From: an uncultured Thermoleophilia bacterium
GTDB lineage: Bacteria; Actinomycetota; Thermoleophilia; UBA2241
Direction: 5' to 3'
Assembly: GCA_963735345.1 (NCBI GenBank)
Contig: CAVTKL010000013.1
Location: 103,897 to 167,896 of the forward strand
Length of the DNA stretch: 64,000 nucleotides
The notes beneath the pieces were generated by a model. The model was not told the origin of the DNA and made no database searches. It saw nothing but the letters and a program-made list of their open reading frames with translations. The translations under genes and the position numbers were made by a program. Shown here piece after piece: positions 40,051 to 50,619 of this stretch. Each line of letters starts with the position of its first letter. Position 1 is the stretch's first letter.

Positions 40051-40523
40051 AAGCGGGGCCATCACCCAAACGAGAGGGCCTGAGGGCAGAGGAGTGAGCA
40101 ACTTGGGCGATGCAGACTGGCCGTCGGAGCGGGAGTTGAAGGTCACTGCGGTCCTCTACGCGCGCCTCGGCGCCGGCGCGCACTTGAGAGAGACCGGCCG
40201 ACTCGCGGACAGGATCGGCGGGATGCACAACTCCATTCCCATGAACCTGGTCCTTCGAGAGCGCGGAACCGACCCGACGCTGACCGCGGAGGAGCGACTG
40301 GTGTACGACGCCATCGTTCGGGAGCATCGTCTGCCCGGCGGTGCCGTCCGCCTCATCGGCGAATCCTCGCCGGATGAGGTGCCCGACGCGCCCCAGGTCG
40401 GCGAGGAGTTCCCCGCCGAACTGCGGACCTTCGTGGATGAGGAGACGTGGACGGTCGCCAAGATGATGCCCGAGTGGCCGCACGAGTACCTCGTCAGGGA
40501 CCGTGTTGACGAGGGGCTGTTCG
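40051..40523 (+). pseudogene. Truncated diverged copy of 43954-44427
   Basis: About 470 bp near-identical; covers the vWA gene tail and the start of the next gene ([13 protein letters not shown]...MPEWPHEY). Confidence 0.85.
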
Positions 40524-41030
40524 GCACGATCGCCCACCAGATCGCGTCGCCGCCGGTGGTGATGTTCGCCCCCGCCACTCTGCTCTCGGTCTGCACCACC
40601 AGCACGCTGGCCACCGATATCACGGTCATGGCCAAGACCAGGGTGACGAACCCGGCGTACTGGCCGCGGTTGGCCAGCACGTCCTTCGCGAGTCCGCCTT
40701 GGCCCTCGCTCCTGAACAGGCGCAGGACACGGGTCAAGCGGCTGAGACGGGCGAGCCGCAGCAGCGCCGTGATGCTGAGTACGCGAAAGCTTGGGATCGA
40801 GCCGAGCAGATCGAGCCAGCCGCGTCCGTGAAAGAAGTAGGCGCCGGGCGATGAGGCGCGCTTCATGCGCAGCCCGAAGTCGAAGAGGAACACCAGGCAG
40901 ATGACGAAGTCGTAGATCTCGAGCAGCGTAACGGTAGCCGGCGCCATCCACGGCAGGAGCAGCGCTACCATGTTGAGCAACGACAGCACGGTGAGCAGCA
41001 GGATGAACAGCTCATAGGAGTTGCTCAACT
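40524..41030 (-). pseudogene. Voltage-gated ion channel fragment (S1-S5; selectivity filter missing)
   Basis: YELFILLLTVLS, GWLDLLGSIP, LRLARLSRLTRVLR (S4), ANITTGGDAIWWAIV then breaks. Confidence 0.8.
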
Positions 41031-41623
41031 CGACGCTCCCAAGAAAGACGATCTCGCTGTCGGACGCCCAGGTTGGATGCCCACCTTGGCTGGCCACCTG
41101 CCTGAGTCCCGTGCCGTCCGCGTTGACCACCGAGAAACCGTCGCCGTTTGGCTCCGCGAAAGCAATCTGGGTGCCGTCGGGTGACCATGCTGGCTGGACG
41201 CCGCGAACCGAACCCCTGGTCAGTTGCACCTTCCCGGAGCCATCCGCGTTCATCACCCATATCTTCGGGTCAATCGCGCCGCCGCGGGGCAACGGCGTCG
41301 CGACGCAGGGCATGACGCGGCCGACGACCCAGGCGATCTTGCTTCCATCGGGCGACCAGGAGGGGTGCTCCTCCCAGCCGGGGTCGTCAGTCAAGCGCCT
41401 GAGGCCGGTGCCGTCGGTGTTGACAACGTAGATGTCGGAGTCAAGCACGTGGCCCCACCACTCGCTCGAACGCGATGGTGCCCGTCATGGTCGGGGTCGG
41501 CAGGGGTGCTGTCGCCTTGGACGACCCGCTGCTGCCACACGCGGCGAGGGCAAGCGTCGCGAGCGGGATGAACAGTGCGACGGCGAGCGCAGTGAGAGGT
41601 GAAGGTAGTCCACAAGTGCCCAT
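41031..41623 (-). pseudogene. TolB-like (PD40 repeat) lipoprotein fragment, frameshifted
   Basis: LAAC lipobox; IYVVNTDGTGLRRLT, PSWSPDGSKIAW, PAWSPDGTQIAF. Confidence 0.75.
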
Positions 41624-42008
41624 CGCCGGTCCTTCCAGATAGCCCCGGCCCCCGAGAGCCCCATCCCAGACAGTGCGTGCCGCCGCACCGCTCAGGAGTC
41701 TCGTATGAGGTTTTCGTGCCCGCCGGGCGAGGAAGCAAACCGTTCATGCCGCCTGGTGCCGGCATGCCCCAGCCGGTCCCATCCTGACGCACAAACCTGG
41801 GTCGCAGAATGGCTGCAGACGGCCGATTCGGGGGTCTCGTGGAAGGCTCGCAGGCCACGATTCACCTTCGAATCCAGTCCGGAGGGCTCGAGAACAGAGA
41901 CACGCGGTCTGAGCAAGACGCCCAAGGGACGATGAGTCGTTGCAGTTCTTCACGGCCCGTTCTCGCGGGGTGCTCGTGGCGACCGGCCGCAGAGCCTCCT
42001 GAATATAC

Positions 42009-42037
42009 TTGACAGTTACAGTGGCACTGTCTATACT
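42009..42037 (+). promoter_or_regulatory. Near-consensus sigma70 promoter with a palindrome in the spacer
   Basis: TTGACA-17 bp-TATACT; ACAGTG-g-CACTGT at 42018-42030. Confidence 0.75.
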
Positions 42038-42069
42038 GGGGACCGACATGTTCGCCAGGGGAGTCGACG

Positions 42070-44001
42070 ATGACGGGTGCGTACTACAGCCTTGCGGAGT
42101 TGAGCGAACGCGCTGAGGTTCCTGAGCGGACCGTGCGCTACTACATCCAGAAGAAGCTCATCCCGGGGCCCCTCGGCAGGGGCCGCAAGAGCCGCTACAG
42201 CGATGACCACCTGGAACGGCTCCGCGAGATCCGGCAGTTGCGGGCTCTCGGCATTCCGCTGGACATCATCGAAGTACACATGGAGGAGTACGAACCGGAA
42301 GCGCCGATGGCACAGGCCTCCGGTGGGACGCCGTCGGACCGTCTCTCGGATGCGCCACCACCCCCCGGTGACCGAGGCCCCTCCGAACTGACTCCGCAAC
42401 GCGACGTCATCGCCGGCCCCATGCCGGCCTGCGAGCTAGAAGGACCGTCACGCGCGAGCGCCGCCCTCGACTACATCGCCAGGGTGCGGGCGGCCACCGC
42501 GTCTGCCGCCCGCACAGCCCTCCTCACCGCGTCCCGGACGCAGCTCCCGGACGCGGCCGTCGCACGACGCGATCAGCACTCCCAGCTGGGAGCGCATAAG
42601 CATCACCCCGGACATCGAGCTTCACGTCAGGAGCTCTGTGCCACGAAGCCAGAGGCGCGCCCTCGAGCAGTTGCTCGAGAAAGCGAAGGAACTGTTCGCG
42701 GAGGAGTCACCATGAGTCTTGAATTCAGAGCCGATCGTAGCCTCATCCGCGCTCACGGCGAGAGCACGCGCTACCTGCTGGCGCGCATCGAAGCGCCGGC
42801 CTCGCCGCAGCGTTCGGCAAGGCTGCCGGTCAGCATCGCCTTCGTCCTCGACCGCTCAGGCTCCATGGACGGCGAGAAGATCCACCTGGCGCGTGAGGCC
42901 GTCCTTGCTGCCATCCGCGGCCTGCGCGACCATGACCGCTTCAGCGTCGTCGTCTACGACAACGAGGTAGATCTCCTCGTGCCGTCGACCGCGGCGACCC
43001 CCGCGGCCCGGCGTGAGGCCGAGACCATTGTGCGCCGGGTCGAAGCCCGCGGCATGACCGACCTCGCCGGAGGCTGGTTCGCCGGCTGTGAACAGCTCGC
43101 CGAGGGGCTCCACGCCGACACCGTAGGACGCTGCCTGCTGCTCACGGACGGACTCGCCAACGTCGGTATCACCGACCACGACGAGCTCGTGGGCCACGCG
43201 CGCGAGCTGGCGGCGCGCGGCATCGCCACGACGACCTTCGGCGTCGGGCGCGACTTCGACGAACGCCTGCTTGCAGACATGGCACGCGCCGGGCGAGGCA
43301 ACTACTACTACATCGAGAGCGCCACGCAGATCCCCGACTTCATCGCCAGCGAGGTCGGCGAGGCCATGGAGGTCGTCGCCCGCGACGTGCGCCTCGACGT
43401 CGAGGCTCCGGCGGACGTGCGGGTCAACCCGCTGAACGACCTGGAGACGACGCGTGACGGCCATCGAGTCACGATCGACATCGGCACCCTCGTCTCCCGA
43501 CAGGTGCTCGACGTCGTCCTCAAGGTCGATTTCCCGCGCGGATTGGAGGGCGCGGAGCAGTTCCTGGCCGGCGCTCTCCACGACCTTGACGGCGTGCTTG
43601 CGGGTGCCGCGGCGAATTCGGTGTTCGCCTACGCCTCCCATGCGCGGAACGGTGCGCAAGGGCGCGACCCGGTAGTCGACCGCGAAGTCGCCGCGCTGTA
43701 TGCGGCGAGAGCCCGAGCCCAAGCCTTGGACCTCAATGCCGAGGGCCGCTACGTAGAGGCGCAGGCGGTCCTCCAGGCGACGGCCCGTCGCATCGCTGCG
43801 TACGCCGCCGGTGATGCCGTCCTGCAGGGAATCGTCAGGGAACTCGAGAGCGTGGGTGAGAGCTACGGCGGCCTGATGTCCCCGGATGTGAGGAAGACGC
43901 AGCACATGGAATGGAACAGTGCGATGCGCAGCCGCGATCTGAGTGGCAAGGCGAAGCGGGGCCATCGACCCAAACGAGAGGGCCTGAGGGCAGAGGAGTG
44001 A
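42070..44001 (+). CDS. MerR-type HTH plus vWA domain protein (possible internal start at ~42712)
   Basis: [29 protein letters not shown]; [30 protein letters not shown]; GGAGGAG before the internal ATG. Confidence 0.85.
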   Translation: MTGAYYSLAELSERAEVPERTVRYYIQKKLIPGPLGRGRKSRYSDDHLERLREIRQLRALGIPLDIIEVHMEEYEPEAPMAQASGGTPSDRLSDAPPPPGDRGPSELTPQRDVIAGPMPACELEGPSRASAALDYIARVRAATASAARTALLTASRTQLPDAAVARRDQHSQLGAHKHHPGHRASRQELCATKPEARPRAVARESEGTVRGGVTMSLEFRADRSLIRAHGESTRYLLARIEAPASPQRSARLPVSIAFVLDRSGSMDGEKIHLAREAVLAAIRGLRDHDRFSVVVYDNEVDLLVPSTAATPAARREAETIVRRVEARGMTDLAGGWFAGCEQLAEGLHADTVGRCLLLTDGLANVGITDHDELVGHARELAARGIATTTFGVGRDFDERLLADMARAGRGNYYYIESATQIPDFIASEVGEAMEVVARDVRLDVEAPADVRVNPLNDLETTRDGHRVTIDIGTLVSRQVLDVVLKVDFPRGLEGAEQFLAGALHDLDGVLAGAAANSVFAYASHARNGAQGRDPVVDREVAALYAARARAQALDLNAEGRYVEAQAVLQATARRIAAYAAGDAVLQGIVRELESVGESYGGLMSPDVRKTQHMEWNSAMRSRDLSGKAKRGHRPKREGLRAEE

Positions 44002-45718
44002 GCAACTTGGGCGATGCGGACTGGCCGTCGGAGCGGGAGTTGAAGGTCACTGCGGTCCTCTACGTGCGCCTCGGCGCCGTCGCGCACTTGAGAGAGACCG
44101 GTCGACTCGCGGACAGGATCGGCGGGATGCACAACTGCATTCCCATGAACCTGGTCCTTCGCGAGCGCGGCACCGACCCGACGCTGACCGCGGAGGAGCG
44201 ACTGGTGTACGACGCCATCGTCCGGGAGCATCGTCTGCCCGGCGGCGCCGTCCGCCTCGTCGGCGAATCCCCGCCGGATGAGGTGCCCGACGCGCCCCAG
44301 GTCGGCGAGGTGTTCCCCGCCGAACTGCGGACCTTCGTGGATGAGGAGACGTGGACGTTCGCCAGGACGATGCCCGAATGGCCGCACGAGTACATCGTCA
44401 GGGACCATGTCGACGAGGAGCTGTTCGAGTGCCTGGTCGAGCACATCCGCGCCCACGGCTACGAGGGGCGCTTCTACCAGAGGGTCATCACCTACTACGA
44501 AGAGGCGGGTCTGGTGTACTGGACGATGGGCGCGCCGCTTCCCGAGACCATCATCATCAACCGGTGCAGGAAAGAAGACACCTACGAAGAGCGTCTGAAG
44601 CGTGGCACGCTTCCGGAGTCGCGGGTGAGAACGCGCCGCGACGTGGCAGACACCGTGGGAGACGACCTGGCACTTCTTCTGAGGGCCGCGAGCTTCTCGG
44701 CCGAGCGGCATCGGCACCAGAAGCGCAAGGGCCATGATCCGCCGCCCTACATCAACCATCCGCTCGAAGTGGCCAGCCTCCTCGCCAACGTCGGGGGCAT
44801 CTCGGACGTGACGACCCTCGTCGCGGCACTTCTGCACGACACGGTCGAGGACACGTCCGCGACGGCCGAGGAACTGGAGCGCGACTTCGGACGCGAAGTC
44901 CGGCTGCTCGTCGAGGAGGTGACGGACGACAAGCAGCTGGAGAGGGCCGAGCGCAAGCGCCTGCAGATCGAACATACTCCGGCCCTGTCCATCGCCGCCA
45001 AGCAGATCAAGCTCGGCGACAAGATCTGCAACACTGCAGGATGTCGTCGAGCATCCGCCGACCGACTGGTCGCTCCAGCGCCGGTGTGACTACCTCGACT
45101 GGGCTGAGCTTGTCGTCGCCGGCTGCCGCGGTGCGAACGGAGCCCTCGAACGGCATTTCGACGACGTGCTGTCCAAGGGACGCGAGACCCTGGCACGCGA
45201 GGCCTGGCGTCTGGACATTGATGCCGAAGTGGATCGGCTCTTCGACGATTCCTCTCTTCCCGCCGACGGACAGCCGGTCGCGGTCATCATCTCGGGCGGC
45301 GTCTGCGCAGGCAAGACCACCGTCCGCAAGGAGAGGCTTCTCGACCGGCTACGTGCTCATCGACGCCGCCGACATCTTCCTCAGCCTGAGCAGTGGTGAG
45401 ATCCTTCCGTTTCCGGAAGCATTCCGGGAGCCGATGGATCTCATCGGAGGGCTGGTCGCCAAGCGCGCCCTCGCCGAACGACGCAACATCGTCACGGAGA
45501 TCATCGGGGCTGAGGCCGAGCCGGTCCAGCAGCTTATCGACGCACTGCGGAGCATCGGCTACCGCGTCCAAGGTGTGGTCGTCGACTGTGACGTCGAGGA
45601 AGCGGTGCGGCGCAACGCCTCGCGCGACGACGACGACATATCCGCCTACCACGCCCAGCCGTTTCAGCGCGTCTGGATCATCGACGCCTGCACCGAGCTG
45701 GCGGACGCCGACGGATAG
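43998..45718 (+). CDS. Multidomain protein: two unknown domains, Mesh1-like HD hydrolase, zeta-toxin-like P-loop kinase (frameshifts near 45032 and 45337)
   Basis: HRHQKRK...[10 protein letters not shown]...[11 protein letters not shown]...VTDDK...KLGDKICN; then [21 protein letters not shown]. Confidence 0.7.
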
Positions 45719-45871
45719 GCGCGCAAGCATGTCGACGCTCTGACTCCTCGTCCATGTCCAGCTTGGCAGCGGCCGATCCCCGGGCTCACCTTGTCAACGA
45801 ACTGGCAGCCCCTACATGAAGGCCGGGTCCGTCAATGGATCGCCTTCGTCGCTTCGATCGCAGTCGGGCAC

Positions 45872-46033
45872 CTACTTCTTGAGCGCAAGCGCTGCGCCGC
45901 AGCAGGAGAGCGGCTCCGAGCACGAGCAGGCACCCTCTGCGCTCTCCGCGCAAGACTTGAGCACCTGGATCTCGAACCCGCAGGCTGCGCAGACATAGAC
46001 CTCGCCGCTCTTCGTGTCATTACACGCTGGCAT
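45872..46033 (-). CDS. Small Cys-rich metal-binding protein (desulforedoxin/metallothionein-like)
   Basis: MPACNDTKSGEVYVCAACGFEIQVLKSC...CSC..PLSCCG; 8 Cys in 53 aa. Confidence 0.7.
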   Translation of the reverse strand: MPACNDTKSGEVYVCAACGFEIQVLKSCAESAEGACSCSEPLSCCGAALALKK

Positions 46034-46528
46034 CTCCCACACGTCCTTTCCGGCGCTCCCGCGATACCCGGCCGAGCGGCCGGCACCCGGTTGATTCCCG
46101 CGATGGCGAAGGGTCAAGCGGGACAGCCATCACGCGCGGCCGGTGCCGCATCAGTGACGCGGCCAGTCGGCCGCAGCTGCCAGTCGCACCAGCCGAACGC
46201 TCGGCCATTCCGGCGGCTACTGAGCGGGTCTTGGAGCACCCAACATCCCTGCATATGCGCGTAGGGAGCTGGCGGGCAGGAGGCCGCCCGCGCAGGTGAG
46301 CGCGACGGCCTCACCGGCAAGCCAGACGCCGACGTGGTAGGCGCCCGTTGGATCGACCTGCTACCCCGACGACTGCAGTTCAGGGCCCAAGAGGGCTGCT
46401 CGAGGGCAAGGAGCAAGCACTCCTTTGAGTTCTCCAGGAGACTGGCGACGGAGGAAGCACCGGCCGCCCGCACGAGGGCAGGAGATGCCCTGCTCGGTCG
46501 GATCGCCGAGAGACTGCCGCTCTTCAGT

Positions 46529-47263
46529 TCATCTGAGGCTGAACGGCGGGTAGCGGTCCGTGACCAGCAGGAACGCATAGGCCTCCACCCTAAGCGCCCA
46601 TCTGCCGACCCCGACCACATAGTCGAAAAGCGGGCGCGGATAATGCCCGGTGAAGAGGATGGCGAACCAGGCAATGACGACCGCCAAGACCGCGATGAGC
46701 CCAAGCACTACGAGCACAATGTAGTGCGGGATCGCCAAGAGCCATTTCACCAACGGCAGCCAGCGGTTGAGGCCCCGCTCGGCGTCGGGGTAGTCGATCT
46801 CGAGATGCACCGACTGCTCGTCGACGGTCGAGGGATAGCGATCGGTGAGCAAGACGAGGTAGGCAAGGACCCGCGCCCCGAAGCGCGCGAATTCTCGTGC
46901 AAAATCAAACCACCAGCGCGGGTAGCGCTGGCGAAACAGGATCATGAGCATCGTCGCGCCAAAGAGACCAGCGGCGATCCCGCCGCTGGTCCTCGTGACC
47001 TCGGACACCGTTTGGCCCGTCTGCGTCACGACCCTCACGGTAGAGGTCGAGGTCGCCGAGAGCAGCGACAGAATGAAGTAGATCGGGATGATCCAGACCA
47101 GCCGGAAGAACGTCGTGAGCCGGTCGAGCTTCTCGGGGTAGTCGATGGCCAGGCGCGCTGCGTAGGGCTCATGCGGCGGTGGCTCGGATGGCGGCCGGGA
47201 CCCCGGTGGTGGTGGTTGCTCCGGCGGTGGAGACGACTGGATCGGTTCATCCGGCGCGGACAT
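46529..47263 (-). CDS. DUF4389-like membrane protein
   Basis: Duplicated ILF..RYPR...RV.AY..L.TDRYP unit. Confidence 0.85.
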   Translation of the reverse strand: MSAPDEPIQSSPPPEQPPPPGSRPPSEPPPHEPYAARLAIDYPEKLDRLTTFFRLVWIIPIYFILSLLSATSTSTVRVVTQTGQTVSEVTRTSGGIAAGLFGATMLMILFRQRYPRWWFDFAREFARFGARVLAYLVLLTDRYPSTVDEQSVHLEIDYPDAERGLNRWLPLVKWLLAIPHYIVLVVLGLIAVLAVVIAWFAILFTGHYPRPLFDYVVGVGRWALRVEAYAFLLVTDRYPPFSLR

Positions 47264-47451
47264 GTCGTCCCCCTCTCATGATCCGGCGCGCCTCTCGCCC
47301 CGCGGACGCCGCCGTGACTCTGTGCCTAGGGTTAGAGTTGCCCCTTCCGTTCGAATCCGAATCGGCGCCCAGGCCTCGACATCATGTTGCCGTTAGCTCC
47401 ACGCATATGTTTCCCAACGGCACAGGTTCGTGTGACCAGTGTGTAGGCCGC

Positions 47452-47760
47452 TCAGCCCTTGCTGGCGTCCTGGATCTCCCCGACCGTCTCCTCGCTGGGC
47501 AGGCCGCTCGACAAGGTCACGACCATGACTGTTGGCCCGAACGACCTCGCTGCGTCAAACGCCGCTCGCGCGGCGGCGAAGACCGCGTCCTCCTCCCCCG
47601 GCGCGAAGGTGCTGAGGCGGCCGACCGTGACCTCGACGCCTTCCTTGGCGGCGGCTTGCACGGCTGCTTCGATCGCAGGGTGCAGGTGCTCTTGGCGCAG
47701 GGGGTAGACGGAGAACTGCAGGCCGACCTGGCTCTCGCTTGCCGACTTGTGCGCGATCAT
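47452..47760 (-). CDS. YkoF/thiamine-binding-like protein
   Basis: QFSVYPLRQEHLHPAI...VGRLST..GEEDAVF. Confidence 0.7.
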   Translation of the reverse strand: MIAHKSASESQVGLQFSVYPLRQEHLHPAIEAAVQAAAKEGVEVTVGRLSTFAPGEEDAVFAAARAAFDAARSFGPTVMVVTLSSGLPSEETVGEIQDASKG

Positions 47761-47803
47761 CGTTCGGCTCGGCGCGAAGTCATCCGCAGGGGTTCCATCT
47801 CGT

Positions 47804-48388
47804 TCATCCTCTCCCCTCGGCGCCGAAGGTCTTGCCGAGCGAGTAGGCGCGGCCGACCAGCGCGCCGAGGACGAAGTACGCCCCGGTCTCGGGTGCGAAG
47901 GCGAGCGGATCGAGCTTGCCCACGTCGATGTGCCCATCCTCATCGAGGCAGGCCTCGTCGATCTTGACGTCCTTGACCTCGCCGATGAACTGGGTGTGCA
48001 GGCCGAGCTCGTGCACCGCAACGACCGCGCACTCGACGACGAGCGGGAACTCCGCCACGTAGGGGGCATCGACGAGCTCGGAGCTCACCGGAGTGAGTCC
48101 CGTCACGGCGAACTTGTCCGCCTTGCGCCCCGAGACCAGACCGAAGTAGTCGGCGGCGGCGGCCTGCTCGCCACTCGGCAGGCTGATCGTGAAAGCCTTG
48201 CGCGCGATGATGTTGCCGTGCGTCGCGGTCGCAGCCCGCAAGGACACGGAGACGCAGGGCGGCTTCGAGCAGGCGATACCGCCCCAGGCTGCGGTCATCA
48301 CGTTGGGCCGCCCGTCTGCGTGGTAGCTGCCGACGACGAGCACTGGGGTCGGGTAGAGCAGGGTCTTGGCGCCAAGCGACTGCTTCAC
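47804..48388 (-). CDS. Flavin reductase/flavoredoxin
   Basis: YPTPVLVVG, NVMTAAWGG, DYFGLVSG..DKF, ECAV...HTQFIGEV. Confidence 0.9.
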   Translation of the reverse strand: MKQSLGAKTLLYPTPVLVVGSYHADGRPNVMTAAWGGIACSKPPCVSVSLRAATATHGNIIARKAFTISLPSGEQAAAADYFGLVSGRKADKFAVTGLTPVSSELVDAPYVAEFPLVVECAVVAVHELGLHTQFIGEVKDVKIDEACLDEDGHIDVGKLDPLAFAPETGAYFVLGALVGRAYSLGKTFGAEGRG

Positions 48389-48764
48389 GTCGGCTCCTCT
48401 CTGACTGACTCTCATTCCAAGGCGAACGCCTGCCATGCTCCGGTGTTCACGACGGCGGGTCAACTCAAGCTCCAGAACATTGCAGGTGGTGTGTGCACGA
48501 TCTGGCCACGATTGGGGTCGAGCGGGTGCCGGGGTCATCTGACCTCCCGCGATCGCTCGGCCTTCTTGTGGGTCGTCTCTCGAGCGAGGACTGGCGCCGG
48601 CTGAGGACCTCAGCGGTGTAACACGGCTGCCGGAGCCACAGTGGAAAGGATGCACCGGGAACCGCGCGCGCGGTCCAGAGCTTCTGGACGTGCAATGGGC
48701 GCAGCTCGGCCAAGCTCAGACCGCCGTGCTCCAGGATGAGATGGCATCTGGAAGCAGAACATGC

Positions 48765-48940
48765 TGGTGGACCGCACCAGGATCGAACTGGTGACCTCCG
48801 TTGTGCATCGCGCCAACTAACGTGTTAGCAGGTGCCAGCCAGTGCCGCTAGGTGGTTTCCTGAGCGCGGAGAACAAGGCCGGAGTGTCACAAAGTGGCTC
48901 CGAGGACCGCGCAGTGACACTGCGCTCGTTTGCCGCTCTC
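48765..48940 (-). mobile_element. att-like site: tRNA-Ala 3' half (48765-48807) plus conserved arm
   Basis: TGGTGGACCGCACCAGGATCGAACTGGTGACCTCCG identical to the tRNA 3' end; adjacent CTAACGTGTTAGCAGG arm shared with 50450-50570. Confidence 0.85.
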
Positions 48941-49069
48941 TCTGGCGCGGTCGAGCACGGGCCGCGCAGGTCATCCGTTGCGACTGGTCGCTTATGCGGA
49001 TCGCCGTCAAGGCCGATGAAGACCGCAGCGTCTCGCTTCTGCAGATGAACGGCGTGAAGGAGGGAATCG

Positions 49070-49312
49070 ATGGACTGTCCGAAGTGCGCCCAGGCGATGG
49101 AGAGCGGCTGGTTGGCGATGTACAACCCGACGCCGGTGGTCAACTACGTCGCGTGGCAAGAGACCAAGCCCGGCTACGTTCGCATGACACGACCGGAAGG
49201 ATCGGAGAAGGTGATCGTGCCGAAGGCCGGCGGACATGGCTGTCCCCAGGCTCAGCTGTGTCGCAGCTGCAAGACCGTGGTCTTCTCGTACGCCGAGGAT
49301 CAGCTCGACTAG
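49070..49312 (+). CDS. Small zinc-ribbon protein
   Basis: MDCPKCAQAMESG...CRSCKTVVFSY; AAGGAGG RBS. Confidence 0.8.
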   Translation: MDCPKCAQAMESGWLAMYNPTPVVNYVAWQETKPGYVRMTRPEGSEKVIVPKAGGHGCPQAQLCRSCKTVVFSYAEDQLD

Positions 49313-49396
49313 ACAGGATCAGACGAGACAGGGCGGGTGCGTCTCAGAAGCTCCGCAGGCCTTCCGGCGCCCCGCGGGCGACAGCGACATGCCCTC

Positions 49397-49954
49397 CTAC
49401 CTCGCCGAGCCTTCGTGAAGCGGGCGCTTTCGCGGTGGCGACCTTCTGCGGGGTCTCGCTTCAGCGTTGAGCGTGCCACGTATCAGCTGCATCTCCATGT
49501 CTACTGCCTTGACCCCCACCCAGGAATCGAGAGCGAGGATCACGCAGGCATAGAGGAGGAAGCCGACCCCGATCAGCGTGAGGACGATGGGCGCCCATGC
49601 GGAGTGAGGGAGCCACACTGCGACGACAGCGAAGAACACGCTCGACAGGACGAGCATGACGATGGCGAAGAAGAGGGAAGACAGAGCCCGCTGGAGCAGG
49701 CGCGAGCGTCGCGTTGCACGGGCGACATCCTCGACCAGCAGCGCCAGCTCGCCCTGTCGGTCGGCGGGCTGGCACTCCCCACCCAGCCTGGACATCGCGG
49801 CAGCGATATCTCGCGTGCGCTCGATCACATTGGCCAGCAGGGTGGATGTGGCCCCAACCAGGCCAGAGCAGGCCAAGATGAGGATCGCAGGAGCAATCAG
49901 TGCGGAGAGCACGCGCAGAGCGCTGTGCAGATTCGGTATGTCTTCCAGCAACAC
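49397..49954 (-). CDS. DUF2721-like membrane protein
   Basis: LIAPAILILACSGL...VIERTR...RRSRLLQRAL; start uncertain. Confidence 0.75.
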   Translation of the reverse strand: MLLEDIPNLHSALRVLSALIAPAILILACSGLVGATSTLLANVIERTRDIAAAMSRLGGECQPADRQGELALLVEDVARATRRSRLLQRALSSLFFAIVMLVLSSVFFAVVAVWLPHSAWAPIVLTLIGVGFLLYACVILALDSWVGVKAVDMEMQLIRGTLNAEARPRRRSPPRKRPLHEGSAR

Positions 49955-50396
49955 GCACAACCCCGATTCGTTGGCGCCCTTGTCGGTGCCCTTCTTCCGC
50001 TCCACCGGCCGAGCACCGACCAAGCCGAGTTTCCACCACCGGGAGACGAACGACGACGTGTGGCGAGACACGTCACATGCGCAGTCTGGCTGTGTTCCCT
50101 GTTAAGAACCTGAGCGCCGCCTGAAGTCCTGCGAGGAATCCGCTCCGTCTCGGTCAGCGGCACAGGGGCCAAACCATCATTCGGCGGACAGGAAGAATGC
50201 CAATCCGGCGGTCACCGCAGGTCGCCACCGTCCATCTGGTCCCATCCGACCCCGTCCCGTCCCATCCAGACACACCGATTCGGGTCGAGGGACGTGACAC
50301 CCCGTTCGTTTGCAGAATGTTTGCACGAGGCCATCTCGGCGACTTCCCTGGAATTCTCAGAACGCACAAAACCCCTGCACGTAAGCGTACAATGGC

Positions 50397-50570
50397 TGGT
50401 GGACCGCACCAGGATCGAACTGGTGACCTCCGTCCGTGCAAAGGCGTCCACTAACGTGTTAGCAGGCACCGCGACGTGCCGCTGAGTGCCATCCTAAGCG
50501 TGGAATTCAGGGCCGGAGTATCGGCGAGTGATAATGAGGACCGCGGAGTGACGCTGCGTTCGTTTGCCGG
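50397..50570 (-). mobile_element. att-like site: tRNA-Ala 3' half (50397-50446) plus conserved arm
   Basis: About 50 bp match to the tRNA from CCA through the anticodon arm, with a 1-nt insertion; arm homologous to 48815-48940. Confidence 0.85.
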
Positions 50571-50619
50571 ACGTTGGCCGAGGGGCCGGACTCGCTCAGG
50601 CCGCCCTCTGGCCGCACGC

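Noticed and set aside
48389-48760. TPP riboswitch upstream of the flavin reductase/YkoF-like genes
   Set aside because: The conserved CUGAGA core was not found on the coding strand
50397-50470. tRNA fragments as functional or suppressor tRNA (tRNA-Pyl)
   Set aside because: No D-arm or 5' acceptor strand, and the retained anticodon region is TGC, not CTA
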